Positions 38,391 through 49,930 of a stretch of DNA of 64,000 nucleotides are shown piece after piece (within the stretch, counting starts at the first letter, position 1; each line of letters opens with the position of its first letter). Source of the stretch: Menidia menidia (taxonomy: Eukaryota); contig CM109626.1 in NCBI GenBank assembly GCA_048628825.1, forward strand, positions 17,021,077-17,085,076. The letters run 5' to 3'. The notes beneath the pieces were generated by a model that was given only the letters and a program-made list of their open reading frames with translations, made no database searches and was not told where the DNA came from. Both the position numbers and the translations under genes were made by a program.

Positions 38391-41300
38391 TCTTCAGCTA
38401 ACCTTTAACTCACCAGCAACTTCAGCTTTTTTTAATGACCATTTTTCATGGGTGAAAAAAGGGGAAATAACAATCCTTAAACAAAGCTCCTGTGTGAGTG
38501 TCAATAATTTCTGGAATTCATAAAGAGATACTAAAGTATTTTATCACAAAACAGATTTTAAGCTCCCAGGGAACAGCTGGAATACCAATGTTGACACATT
38601 AGTATCATCCTCATTGTTGGCACGCTGAAGAGGCCTCAAGCTGAGGATGCTCAGTTGAACACTCAAGGCTCGGTTTTTGCTCTAAAGATTGTTTTTTTTT
38701 AAATAAGTGTGGGAACCCGCAGCAGGGGCTTTGGCGAATGAGTAAATACACAGCTTGTACAAACGGGCACAAGTTGAAACGTTTATGGTGAGAAACGAAA
38801 CTGATTGTGTGATGGAAAAACAAGCCAACATGGTCAGAGCTGGAAAGTGGCACAACAGAGACAGGTAGCAGACAATAAGTAGGACACTGCGCTTCAGTTC
38901 GTGGTGGCTTCAGATCTCCACTGACAAACTACTTTTCACCTTTAAATTCACTGATGGTTCAACGCTGTTTAACAGGGGGCTTATTCAATTAAAAAAACAT
39001 TACTTGAAATCGTGAACCAGCTTTGATCAATAACTGTTTAAACAGTAAAGCATATTTCAACCATTTGTTAGAAATAAAACTGGTGATTATGTACTTGCTT
39101 GTGTGTGTACAGTGAACATCAGCCCACTTGAGTCAGCAGGACTCTGTGTGACACTTACTTCCTACCAAGAATGGCCATAACATGTTCGGCAGGTTCCTTA
39201 ATGTGAAGCTTCTCAATCAGCTTCTTCATGCTGAATTCCCTCTGCTTTTTGTCCACCACCGTCGCCTTGCTTTCCACCTGCAGCTGCACACAGACACACT
39301 TTTACTGAGCCTAAAACAGCAGCGGCTGAAGGGTTCTGACTAAAAAAGAACATTATTCTTCATGTTTTTTCAGTTATACGGCAGGATTTGACAAATTCTT
39401 TTCAATAAACGTCCAAGGAAATGGTCATCTAATAGTGACACGGCTTTTAAAAACCACCAAAATGCTCATTCACTGAAAGTAAGTGAAACAACTTACAAAC
39501 TTCTTCAGAATGGAGGCGTCGGATCGGAGCAGGGTCGCCCACTGTTTCAGCTGCTCTTCACTCGGTTTCTAGAAATCATAAATATCGACGAACAAAAGAA
39601 CCGAGCCATCAGCGGATGTGTGACCCATGGATGACTGATCACAGTTAGAAGAGCTGGTGTGATGGAGGCTGTACCTTTCTTTTAGGCTTCTTGCTGTGTT
39701 TGCAGCGGTGTTTGCGTGTGTTATATTTGGCCAGCTGATACTCGCTGAACTGCTTGAACTTGTCAGCCATTGCTTTCTTGATGCACATGGGCAGAGAGCG
39801 GCTGAAACACTGGAGAAAAATAAATCAACAATGTTGTGAAAGCAGAACTTGAACACATAGACGGTCACACTGTACAACAGATGCTCGCAAAGACTTACTG
39901 TACTGTAGATTCTGACCACTTCCAGCCAGTCAGAGGGCAGCTGCACGGCAGCGCAGAAGAACCGGCGCACATGAGGCTTGGTTAGAGGCAGATTGGCAGC
40001 CAGGGCCAATAAGAAGTTTGCAGTGATGCGAATGTTTAACTCCTGTCTGGTGTAAAGTGCCACCTGTGTCGGAAACAAGTAACAAACAACATATATAATA
40101 TGCTGACCAAATGTCAAGTCTTTACTTTGTCCTTTTGTGCTTTATTTTTCTGCTTTGCTGACAGGCCAGCAAAGATCAATGAGTCTGTGTTCATGGAAAA
40201 AGATTATATCGCTAAAATGTGAAAATAAAAAAAAACGTCTCATTTATTTGAATCAGGTGTGATGGAAGAGGGAAACTTGGAAAGCATGCTGGGCAGTGTG
40301 CCTGAGAGAACCAGGGTAGGGAAACACTGGTCCAGACATGATGGGAGAGGGTGATGAAGACGCCCTGTCCCCACAGAACATGCTACAAACACACCTTGAG
40401 AAGAAACTGTGGATCAGAGTCAGAAATGTCCTTGGCCAGGCCTATGATGGTGGTCCAGACACTGTCTTCTGAGTCCCACTCCTCTTGGCCAGGAGCTTTG
40501 CTCTGATGGACCAGGGAGCAGCACACGGCATTTAGCAGATTATACTGAAGGACAGACAGGCAGAAAATCGAGGAGTGAGATCTCTGATCAGCTCACAGGA
40601 ACATGACGCTAAAACCGCACTGACAATTTTATAAGGAAAACTGTAAAAAAACCTTTTTATCTTTTAGCTCCTCCTCCGATTTTTTATTTCCTCTATCAAT
40701 TCCGGCAAATTCATTTTGTCTGACAAACACTGCATTTTCAAGGTCCTGGTTGCTCATTTCCATGTCCAGGACGGGCAGCTCCATAGCTGTCCCGGCATCG
40801 GCCGCCGCCTCCCCCATCTCATCACCAGGCGAACCGTCATGTTCATCAGATTGCTGCCAATGTATTTAAAGTCATATTAAAACATTAGCAGACATGTCAA
40901 TAACATCAAAGATAATGCTAAAAAAACGACAGTCATAGCAGTTGAGCTTATTTGATTTAACAAAATTCTCATGTACCACACTGGTTCCTTCATGAGAAGA
41001 CATCGTGTCTTCAGATACTTCCTTTTTGTCTTCATCCCCTCCATCATCCTGCTTCTGTAATCCTCCCAGACCAGGATGCAGTACCGAGGGAGGGTTAGCA
41101 AGGCAGCTGAGCTGACCACTGCTGCCCAGAGATGTGGACAGCATAGCATTTTTGGTGACAGAAGAGGTCAAAGGAAAGGAAAGAGCAGGTAAATCAGTGA
41201 GAAGCTTATTCTCGGTGCTGAGGAGGGGTGAGGTGAGGAAAGCTGCAGAGGAGGAGGTGGAGAGGAGGGAGGAGGAGGTGGAGGACAGTCTGGAGGGCTG

Positions 41301-41506
41301 TAGAGATGCACAAGATGGAGACTGCCCTGCAAAGTTTTTTATCGAAGAGCAAGATTGAGCCATCGTCACGGAGTGCTGAGCTAAAATCTTATTCTCCAGA
41401 ATTGGAGAAGAAAAGTTGGAGGACAAGCTGCTCCCGTAGGAGGCTGGCTGCTGCTGCTCGGCTTGGACCGGGTTGGCCTGCCGCAAAGCCAGTGCCCTCA
41501 TCTGCA
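21496..41506 (-). CDS. tep1: Telomerase/vault-associated protein 1 (TEP1) gene, more than 30 exons. Read 5'->3' on the minus strand: first coding exon ~40872-41506 (MRALALRQANPVQAEQQQ..., Ser/Leu-rich N-terminal repeats); TROVE domain exons 39569-40117, 38115-38387, 37581-37904 and ~36900-37100; the TROVE C-terminal/vWA-like exon 35979-36743 with a Glu-rich tract; exons 34772-35029 and 34297-34584 (DUF4062); NACHT exons 33017-33541, 32484-32708, 31984-32268 and others to ~30300; WD40 exons 22027-29620; last exon 21496-21616 (stop TAG at 21496-21498)
   Basis: There are direct collinear matches to human TEP1. MAMLRNLRNMITEGISETHHRKILSRL...SRQFPFRFLAAY aligns with FMAMLRNLCNLLRVGISSRHHELILQRL..SRQFPFRFLNAH. 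AANLPLTKPHVRRFFCAAVQLPSDWLEVVRIY aligns with [83 protein letters not shown] aligns with [73 protein letters not shown] aligns with [22 protein letters not shown]. There is a Walker-A-like [14 protein letters not shown]. WD40 motifs include GHKGGVTCLAFSPDGAQLLSGGKDK, SASYDRTVKLWD and ASEDGTVRLWK. The C-terminus ...GQGKLYFLCWKQ* matches human ...VQGNVYFLNWE. Confidence 0.9.
33017..33541 (-). CDS. tep1: tep1 exon segment encoding the NACHT NTPase P-loop region
   Basis: The 174-aa ORF contains [22 protein letters not shown]...[14 protein letters not shown]. Confidence 0.85.
   Translation of the reverse strand: [174 protein letters not shown]
35979..36743 (-). CDS. tep1: tep1 exon with an in-frame low-complexity Glu-rich insertion of roughly 80 residues, encoded by a (GAG)n expansion
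   Basis: The continuous 254-aa ORF reads ...LDHYRRALETAVQISCRYNVPPMPGKTIVLL...EEDKEEKEGEQEEEQEEDEEQEKEQ(E)n...GRSGRGKRKKVEDL...FLTPQLMEVGALLALMIG... Both flanks align to the human TEP1 region YRQALETAVNLSVKHSLPLLPGRTVLVYL...PLNYALLLIGMMI. Human TEP1 has no acidic tract there. Confidence 0.8.
   Translation of the reverse strand: MLSCVCVSQRKFTVELLDHYRRALETAVQISCRYNVPPMPGKTIVLLSSYMESKKPWSKKQDFCLPPDPEQKEEDKEEKEGEQEEEQEEDEEQEKEQEKEQEEQEEEEEEEEEEEEEEEEEEEEEEEEEEEEQQEEEEKEEEQEGRSGRGKRKKVEDLDKLTPSVSAGLFFRFDENTVDDESLLTFLTPQLMEVGALLALMIGSSAEDCQLCLFSYSNCAEVELKSDVLLENVRSVVKQAEVRMPLFQGVHLGI
36308..36500. repeat. (CTC)n/(GAG)n trinucleotide repeat, about 60 units with a pure core at ~36344-36432, lying within the tep1 coding exon
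   Basis: cctcctcctcct... read directly, with a few CTG/CTT interruptions. Confidence 0.9.
38356..38387. repeat. (CA)16 microsatellite in a tep1 intron
   Basis: acacacac... read directly. Confidence 0.85.
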
Positions 41507-41540
41507 AGAAGAAGCAAATGAAAGCATCAGAGCTCCTTCT

Positions 41541-41594
41541 GTCTAACGCAGGGCTGTCTAACGCAGGGCTGTCTAACGCAGGGCTGTCTAACTC
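41541..41594. repeat. 15-bp tandem repeat (unit gtctaacgcagggct, about 3.6 copies) just 5' of the first tep1 coding exon. On the minus strand it reads DSPAL x3.
   Basis: ctaacgcagggctgtctaacgcagggctgtctaacgcagggctgtctaac read directly. It lies in frame within the 323-aa minus ORF 40872-41843, which begins with a TTG, but it is upstream of the acceptor/ATG at ~41506. Confidence 0.7.
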
Positions 41595-42899
41595 CGGTTT
41601 TAGAGGTTTCCCTGGTTCGACACCTCTGATTCTGATGGAGTGGATCAGTTCAAAGGCTCTGTTCAAGCCTGATAATGGCGTGCTGACATGAATTGGGTGT
41701 GCTGAAGCAGGGAAACTTCTAAAACCGGCAGGACAGCGGCCCTCCAGCGCAGACTTTGGACTGCCCTGCCCTAATACTGGGTATGAAAGGAAGGTAGGGC
41801 AGCTTTCCACACACTTCCGGGTCCTGACAATTGTTGCACTCAAGATAAGGCTAGGTACGTTTTAGGTGATTAAAGTAACTATTTCCTGACGTTATATTCC
41901 TCCTAATAAACTCTGTGTGTAATTATCAGACTCTTCCCTAAATTGAGCAAGCACTGACCCAGGTGAAGAGACTTCCTTATTCCTCTCTAATCTAATAACT
42001 CCTGTAATGACGAGTTTTCATACGCCTTCTTGTTAGCTTTGAGAACCCACGTCAGTCGCTGAAAACTCACCGTAAAACCCACAGTTTAAGTTCCCCGATC
42101 AGACAGACTGCCTCTGAACAGACATGTTCAGATGAGAGATGTTTCCCAGCTGTGTTTTCGTCGTTTCAGCATCTGTTTGGCTTTCTTGCAAACGTCACCC
42201 CCCCTTCTTCTTCTTCGTCTTCTTGAATTTCCGGCAGACTGCACACAGAGCTGTATTGCTGCAGTCCTCCAATAGTGCAAGACCAGAATATGCCAAGAAC
42301 TTAAGGACGGCCCCTTTAATTGTTGATTTGTTTAGGTTTTAATTTGAGTTTGAGTGAAATGATGAACAACCTGTTTTGAATGTATATGTGAACAAATTCC
42401 TTCTTTGAGCCTCATATTTACAACACTCCAGTAATACATGCCCAACAGACTCAGGTTCCCAGCATTGATCACACAGCTCATCTTTATGTTTGCCGATTTG
42501 CTGAAGAACTTGGCAAAGCCACGATGACCAAGTTTGAGTCTTGTGAGAATGACTTGCTCGTTACGATCCCAAAATCTCCCACCAAAGGTCTGCCAACTCT
42601 CTCTTTTAGCTTTTTGAATCGCCTTCTCTCAAACACAAGACTCTCAATAGGGTTTTTCCTCAACTTCTTAAACACCTTATTGTGTGCATTTACTGCATCA
42701 CTACCGTCCTGATTGCACCAAAGGACTGTCTAATTCTTCCTTTGCTTTGTCGACCTCCTCTATCCCAGCTGACAAATGCTTCAACAGACAGCTGCCAGAC
42801 TTTTCGGTTGACCACAGGGCGCTGCTGATTGGTCAGTTTAGTTCCGTCTGATTTTACCGTAATAACTGACGGACGTGAGTTTTTCTGAAACTCATGCTT

Positions 42900-43354
42900 A
42901 TATATTTTATGACAACAATAATGTGTAAAAAAAAAAAAAAAAACAACCATGAAGGGGCCAAACTTCCAAAGTTGTAAAAAGAAAAGTGTGCTATGCGCAC
43001 TTTTCAGTTTTTAAAACGAACGTGATGACGTTACCATAAGTTTTCTGCGTGCGGCTCATAGAGGAAGCGAAAGTGCTCTATTTCCGCTGCAGCAGCGACA
43101 AAACGAGCACGTCAAAAATAAAAGAAAATGTGGACGGCGAGGGCAAAGTGAGGCCGGACAAAGAGACGTCGACCGACAAGCCGTTCCCTTCCTGAGGCAT
43201 CGTTACCAGGCAACTGTTTTTGTTCGACGTTCGCCGCCGAGTACTCGACGGTTGAAGGGTCGCTTCAGAGGTGAACGCGTCCCCCCTTTTGTTGGTTGCT
43301 CGTTTGAGGAAGCAACAACTCAGCTAGTCCGCCGAATTAGCCATCCCGCTAGAG
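42900..43354. promoter_or_regulatory. CpG-island bidirectional promoter region between tep1 (minus) and the znrf-like gene (plus)
   Basis: There is high CpG density across 43000-43900 (cgtcgaccgacaagccgttccc..., ccgccgagtactcgacgg...). tep1 coding exons end at ~41506 on the minus strand, and the znrf-like ATG is at 43355 on the plus strand. I cannot map transcription start sites (TSS). Confidence 0.45.
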
Positions 43355-46300
43355 ATGGGGACTAGAGCAAGTCGACTACAGGAGGACCCGGTTCCCTCTC
43401 CTTTCGGGAAGGATGGCACAAAGCGGGACTCCTATCGGCGGCCTCGCTGTGCCAGGCCCACCAGTCTGGTCGTCGACTTTTCTGTTAGTTTCGAGGACAC
43501 GGAGGCCAACCGGAGCCGGTCGGAGGAGGGCAGTGACTCGGACATGGGCCAGCACGGAGCCAGCGCCGACGGCAGTCCCTCCGACCACCCGGGCATCTCC
43601 TCCAGCGTCACCCAGCCCCCCCCCTCGGACGATAACAACAGCGAGGGGAAACCCGAGGACGAGGGCAGTGCCACCCCGGAGGCTCCCGCCGGCGCAGAAC
43701 ACCAACCCGGGGAGGAGACAGGCCGCACGCCCCACCGCACTTTTTCCGAGAGGCTCCCCGGGAATCGGCACTCTTCCGCCCGCAGCGTTGGCGCAAGGTC
43801 GGCCCGGGTCCGCGGCACCCACCAGCGGCCGGTGTCAGAGGCTTGGATCGGCCTGTATCGTGTCAACAACCGACACGGCAGTAAGTATTTTTGCATCCAC
43901 TATCTGTGGCTCCAATGTGCGTCATTTTCATTTTTAGTGACGCATAAATAAATCAGATCTAAATATATGTTTTGTCCTTCAGGACACTTTTTTTTTTTAA
44001 ACCGTTAATGACCATGCGCAGCAGGCACGCCACATTATTTGTGTCGACTTGTCAGTATGAGTCAAAATGTCTCAGGTAACACTGAAATATGATTAAGTTA
44101 GTTACTTAGAATTCGTGTTGCGATAAGACTTCAATTTCCAGTAAAATCAGGGGGTTGTCAGACGAGTCACACAGGGGTTATTTGATTAAAAATATAGCTT
44201 AAATCCAAACATGAATTACTCAAAAGAAGCCTTTATGGCCAATATAAACGTCGTCTTCATTACAATATGGCTCCATCAAACCCTAAATCAACCCATTCTG
44301 AAATTAAAATGGATTATTTGTGGAATTTACATTCCTGAACAGATAATCTCTTTTCCTGTGCTTGCATGCTGACTAAAATCCTCAGAGACCCCATTGTCTG
44401 CAGCCGAGCCGTGGCGTAAAACTGGAAGTGGTGACATAGAACCTCTTTAATGTCACAAGGCCTGTTGACAGTGGCCGACGGTGATGGTCTTGCAGCATGC
44501 AAGGCGGAAAGCACGAAGTCGCTTCCCTCTGCGTTAAAGAGGGAACTTGTGAGAATGCACACTCTGTGCATGTTAGATAATCAGATACAGAGATGGCAGC
44601 GATGTGACATCAAACATGACATTTTGAGCCAAAACACTACAATGTGTGGGGTTTCCCAGGCCAGCCCTCTAGCAAGTGTAGGGAAGTGGGTCACAACCAG
44701 ACATGCCCGCTCGATGTTGGCAGCGGCACGGAGGAGGAGGCGGTGGGGGGGGGAATGTAGGGCAGCAAGGCATGTTTCTGCCTGGCTGTCACATCCAGGA
44801 ATGGCTCTTGTGGTGGCTATCCCCGAGGCCTGAGTCACTGTTTTCAGTGCCGCTTCCAGTCAGATGAAGCTATTTAAGGTCAGTTTGAGTAACGTCTTCC
44901 GCGCCGTCTCGTGGAGGAGACGGCATTTTCCGCCTGTCTGCCTGGCTTTTAGTCTTCCCCTCTGTCTGCGGTCAGTCTAATGTACATGTCCAAACATGGT
45001 ATGCGTGCTTGTTGTGGCGTGCACATCATCTATCGTGTATGTATCCGGGCTACAGCGTGGTAATCTCAGCTCTGTTGTGTCCCCGGCGTGGCAGATATCC
45101 GCTGTCCTTTCTGCTCAAAGCCTTTCCCGGGGGGTCGGATCGAGGATCACCTGTTGAGCTGCCTCACATCTCCTCCCCTACCTTACAATAGTAAGTATCG
45201 TATCACAAACGGCTCCCGACAGCTGTGTGTTTTGTAAGGCTGGTGCCCTGACAGTAGCTTTGTTTGTGTGTTTACAGCGGACGTGCTGAGTAAAGACACT
45301 GGGGAGTGCTCCATCTGTCTGGAGGACCTGGTGCAGGGGGAGACAATCGCCAGGCTGGCTTGCCTCTGCGTCTACCACAAGAGGTAACTAAGTTTAACGT
45401 GAGCGTTTCATGAAAAGCACAATGCAGGGTGGGTAGAGTTAAACCTGACTGCGGTGGGCAAATGTAGCTGCCTTTAACAGAGTGGAGAACATGTGGCGGC
45501 TGAGGTTTTTTTTTTATTGAGGAAGAAGCTGGTTTTGGACTTGACAAAGCAACAACCACATTTCTGAGCAATCTACTCGTGTTTCCTTTTTCCCACATAC
45601 TGATTATGTAAAGCTATCTCCTTCAGGATTGGATTCAGTTCATCTTAGAAGAATAGAATATGAAATCATTTGAAGCAAAGTTTATAATTGAAAAGAAATC
45701 CCCCTGTTTTTGCTGTTTGGTTTCCCTCAAGGCCTGTTACGCTTCCCAGAAAGAGCTTTTATGACTATAAAAACATCATTACATCTCAACCAGGCATGGT
45801 CACAGATCTATCGGGTTTGTCAGCAAATAACTGCTGGGCAGTCAGGACGTCCAGGAAAAACAAAATGACTCTGAAGTGCTGTAAGGACCACCGTTGTGCG
45901 TTTGCTAGATTCGGTCCATTTGCCGCAGAAAACCTTGACATTTTAAGAGCGTGCTGTAATGTTCAGCTCTGGCTGAAGTCGGTTGTAGGCCAGGGCTCAT
46001 AGGTGGGGCTGTGCAGAATTCAGATTTTAGTCCGCCCAGTTGAGCCACTGCGATGTGGAGAAGAGCCTCAGAGGCAAAACCGTAAAACATCTGCAAACAA
46101 TCACACACAAGCTGTTTTTTGTTTTGGTTTAACAAGTAAATTCTCATCATAAAGGAGATCTGTCCATAGGTATTCATCAGATATATTGGGACATTTTTGC
46201 TTATGTTTCATGGGATTAGGAATCTACTATTTCCCTTGAACTACAGAGCAGTCACTTGATTACTTAAATGACCAAAATTATATAAAGGTTTAATATTCCC

Positions 46301-46828
46301 GAGTGAAGTGGGCGATTTATCTTCTTCATACATCTTTGTCTTTCATCTGTTTTTCTCTCAGAAACCTACATATCTGGCAATGGAAGAAGAGTTTTTTGTA
46401 AAAAAAAAAAAAAAATTGCATCTTTGTTTTCGAGCTGTTAGTCATTTCAGACCCGTTTCAGTCTTGGCTCCCACTCAGTCTCTGTTATAATTTAGAAATC
46501 AATGTGAACTTCCACAGTGCTTTTTTGGGATCTGCTCTGCGTGGAATCAGGATTTAAGGATAATTTCTGATAAGCATAGACACGGACCAAAGAAATAACA
46601 CCCTACCACTGTTTGGAAAGACCCCTAACAGTCCCCAGTTTTTACTCAATCGAATGATTGCATGAATTTTGTTTTTGCTCCTTCTGACTTGAACCTGTTC
46701 ATGTTCAGTTAACCACATGAACACGAGTCAAAGAGCCTGCCTCTCCTAAACCTGCCCTGTCTCCCTGCAGCTGCATTGATTCCTGGTCCAAAGTGAAGCC
46801 CTGCTGCCCCGAACACCCCTTTGATTGA
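43355..46828 (+). CDS. ZNRF family (ZNRF1/ZNRF2-like) RING-H2 E3 ubiquitin ligase, 4 coding exons: 43355-43880, 45095-45190, 45278-45383 and 46771-46828 (stop TGA at 46826-46828)
   Basis: Exon 1 starts MGTRASRLQED..., an N-myristoylation consensus MGxxxS as in ZNRF1/2, with a disordered Ser/Pro/Glu-rich region and a donor cacggca|gtaagt. Exon 2 (acceptor ggcag) to exon 4 give ...NIRCPFCSKPFPGGRIEDHLLSCLTSPPLPYNTDVLSKDTGECSICLEDLVQGETIARLACLCVYHKSCIDSWSKVKPCCPEHPFD*. This aligns with the human ZNRF1/2 zinc-finger and RING: FKCPICSKSV...MCLSKPRLSYNDDVLTKDAGECVICLEELLQGDTIARLPCLCIYHKSCIDSWFEVNRSCPEHP. Splice phases are consistent (1/1/2). Confidence 0.85.
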
Positions 46829-48689
46829 CTCGCAGGTCACATGTGTTCAGCCCGGTGACCAACTCGACTCAGGTATGCACGTCTCCTACTGCCCAGTTAG
46901 CTGATCATCATTTATATCAGCTGGTGCATTTAACCCTTTAACGCCTCCTGAATCACTTTGGAATCTCAGGTTTCTAGGACCTGCAGTGTGATCTTATCCA
47001 TAAAAAACAGTAACAGAGAATATTCCCTCTTTTGTGCATTTTTGTTTAAAAATATTGATTAAATATCATCTTTTTCAGGGGGCTTAAAAGGGTTGAATGT
47101 TGCAACATGATTCATGTGGTTCTTGCATTTTGGATGAGCTGATGTGTTCAGGATGAATAGGTTTTGGTTCCTAAATTAATATAAAAAGGGTTTTCAGGTT
47201 AATCAAAAGTCTGAAATAATCTGGAATAGTTTAGTTTTTATTGGAAACCATTCCTCATTCAGATTAAATCTGCAAGTACATGTTCAACTTCCAGCCAAAA
47301 GCTAAATAAGCTGCTTAAAGTGTTGTTGGCCTCCTCCACTATGTGACTGACTCCAGTATTAAGGAACCAAACCCAGTTAGCTCTGTGTCCTCTTCCCTCA
47401 AATGCTGGTAAATCTTTAATCCTCCCACTCATCTCTTGGGTCCTGTAATGATCTGCTTGTTCTTGTTTCACGCTAAAAAAAAAGGAAAAAAAGGCACATT
47501 TAAATGAGGGTTGAAACGGCATCTAACTCAGTGAAAACAAGCCGATTAAATTCTTTCCCACTGGCTCTCACTATTCCCAGAGCTGTGAGTTGCGTCTGTT
47601 TACGGCCTCCCACAGGACGTCCACGCTGGGCTGTGGAGAAAAATATTCTGATAAGCACGGCCTGCTCAGATAGTTAGCGGAGCTGGTTATTTTGGCTAAC
47701 CTGAGAGAGGCCAGGCAGTGAAAATGACGAGCCGCGTCTCTTTCAGCTAAAACTGCTGCCATCCGTTTCAGAGCCGCAGAAGGAGTTAAACTGGTGCTTC
47801 TGTAAAAAAGAGAAGAAAAACGAGAGCAGAGTGGGGCTGCGTGGGCACCTGGGTGCTTTGTTCTAACTGAAACCACAGCAGACTGAAAACCCAACACAGT
47901 TATGTGAGCTGATTGAATGCTTTCCCACTGAGGCCAGATGTTTGCCAGGCTCAAGTACAAAACATAATTAGAATCTTCTGTAGATCAGGAAGTCTTGGCT
48001 CCGCCCCCAAAACGCCACCCGGCGCCCCTTTGAGCTACAAACTAAAAGCAACAAAATTATGTCATGTTGAAAAATTCATAAATGCCCTCGAATTCAAGAC
48101 AATTACGATGCAGCTCAATGTCCTCTAATAGAATCTCAACTGATCCAATTCACATCACGGGAATTCCTAATGGAAATCGAATGAAACCAGTGGATTCATC
48201 AATATTGGTCTTTGATTTAGTCCTCGTGTTTTTGGGGTTTGTCCAAACTTTCAGTTGCATGAGAGAAAAATCCCCAAAACATCCAGTCTTTTCAAACTGA
48301 AGAACCAGTTGTTTTTTTTATAAATTGGGGTAAAAATGTTTTATTTTCATTTGCACATGTTGAACTAATGAAGTGACTTTTCTCCCATTTGAACAGCTTC
48401 ATTTCAGCCTTTTTTTTTTTACTAATTTGTCTAATATTCTGTCCATTTGTCACCTCTCTGTAGGAGACTACACTGAATCTGAACAAAATCCCAATAAAAA
48501 TGTGTAATTGAACAAAGAAAACTCCGCTGTCCCTCAAACGTCTGAGTGGAGAAGCAGCCGGACGCTGCGCCGCTCCTCGTGCCAAACCTCAACTCTCAAA
48601 TCCGGAGACTCCTGAAGAGCCGGCGCCCCCGTGGACTCCAAATAGCGGCGCTTCTAAATATTATCACCTCCAAACCGTGGAACCCGGTG

Positions 48690-49242
48690 GTGGGGGGGGG
48701 GGCTCCACCCTGACTGTGTACTTTCCCCCTTCTGAGCGGGATCACTCATCTTATCAAGTGTTTTGCAAAAAAAAGAGTTCAGTTCCTCGTCATACATGGG
48801 ATGAATGTTCCGCTGCCTCGCCCCCCCCCCCCCCAAAATGAACCCGCTTCACGCTTCTGTCTGAGCTGCCCAGAGGTGGAGGGACTGGGGGGGGGGGGGG
48901 GGGATTACTCTGTTGTTACTCTGCTTTCTGTGACCTGTGAGCAGTTTGGGGGCTGATGTGTTACTTTTTCCTGTTTCTTTATTTGGTCAGTTTCTCTGGG
49001 GGGGGGTTAGGGCTGAGTTTAAGAGTTTAATGTGCTGCTAATTGGTGAGTGATTAGGAAGGGGAGGGTTGGTAGGGCCGTGGTAGTGCCGCGTTGGCACC
49101 AACTTGAGCACTTTTGTCCATCAAGGCTGATTTGATTTTTCTTTTTTCGTTCTTTTTTACAAAAGCTGTGTGTGCGTGTGTGTGTGGCTTCGGATGATGA
49201 CCAGGGACTGACTATGTCCTGAGTGTGACTGTACCTTCAGTC

Positions 49243-49279
<37 letters not shown>

Positions 49280-49930
49280 TGTGTGTGTGTGTGTGTTTAC
49301 TGTGATTCGCCCACACGTCTGCCTGGTCCAGCGGGTCTTCAGCTTTGGTACCCTGAACGCACCGTGGCCGTTCGTCCCCCCCCCCCCCTCCTCCTCCTCC
49401 TCCTCCTCACACTCTGGGACTTTAGTCCGGATTAGATTTTTTTTCTTTCTTCCTTTCTTCTTTCTTTTATTTTTTGGGACAAGGCCCGGAGTGACAGTTT
49501 GGCCATCTGGTTGGATCCCGATCGGGGGGGGGGGGATTAGGGGCCGGATGGGCTGAGGGATGGATTTTGGGGCATGTTTACGCTGCGTGGCATCTGCCCC
49601 TCTCCACAACACTGGAGGCTACGGACGACCCATGCTAAATTATTACATAAGCCCCCCCCCCCCCACCCCCTTTTTTGTTTTGAAGTTTTGCTCTGCGATA
49701 TTATCACATTTTCTCCTGATTACTGCTAAACCTGCTAAATGGCTTTCTTTTGCCTTTCCGTGTGCGTGTTGATTGCCTTTGGTGGCGCTTTAGGGGCTGA
49801 GCCCCCCCCCCCCCCCCCCCAGACGGCATTCAGCTGACAAGCCCCTCCGTTTTCTTTTAGTTTTTGTTTTCTCGTCTGCTCTCTGGTGTTCTGCAGTCTG
49901 CGGTGCTACAACCTGCCCCCCCCCCCCCCT
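48690..49930. repeat. GC-rich region dense in long mononucleotide tracts that alternate between strands: (G)n at ~48690, ~48886 (about 22 nt), ~49000, ~49520 and ~49655-49670 (mixed C/A run), and (C)n at ~48826 (about 16 nt), ~49366, ~49807 (about 20 nt) and ~49918. It also contains a (GT)n at 49245-49296 and a (TCC)n at ~49379-49398.
   Basis: Read directly from the sequence. Several C-tract/G-tract pairs are 40-150 nt apart, for example C16 at 48826 and G22 at 48886, and could pair as long G:C-stem hairpins. Isolated G or C tracts are potential G-quadruplex or i-motif formers. Confidence 0.7.

Noticed and set aside
40872-41843. The 323-aa ORF was initially taken as the tep1 start (MSATIVRTRK…)
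   Set aside because: The ORF-track 'M' corresponds to a TTG codon; the track evidently uses alternative starts. The first real ATG preceded by a polypyrimidine-AG is at ~41506 (MRALALRQ…), so the upstream part is probably intron or 5' UTR.
43376-43937. Several ORFs of 148-174 aa on both strands overlapping znrf-like exon 1
   Set aside because: They are a product of the CpG-island GC richness. Only the frame starting MGTRAS… is continuous with the downstream RING exons through canonical splice sites.
47571-47960. 129-aa minus ORF in the znrf-like 3' flank
   Set aside because: It has no splice context, no homology and no unusual composition, so it is most likely a chance ORF in the 3' UTR or intergenic sequence.
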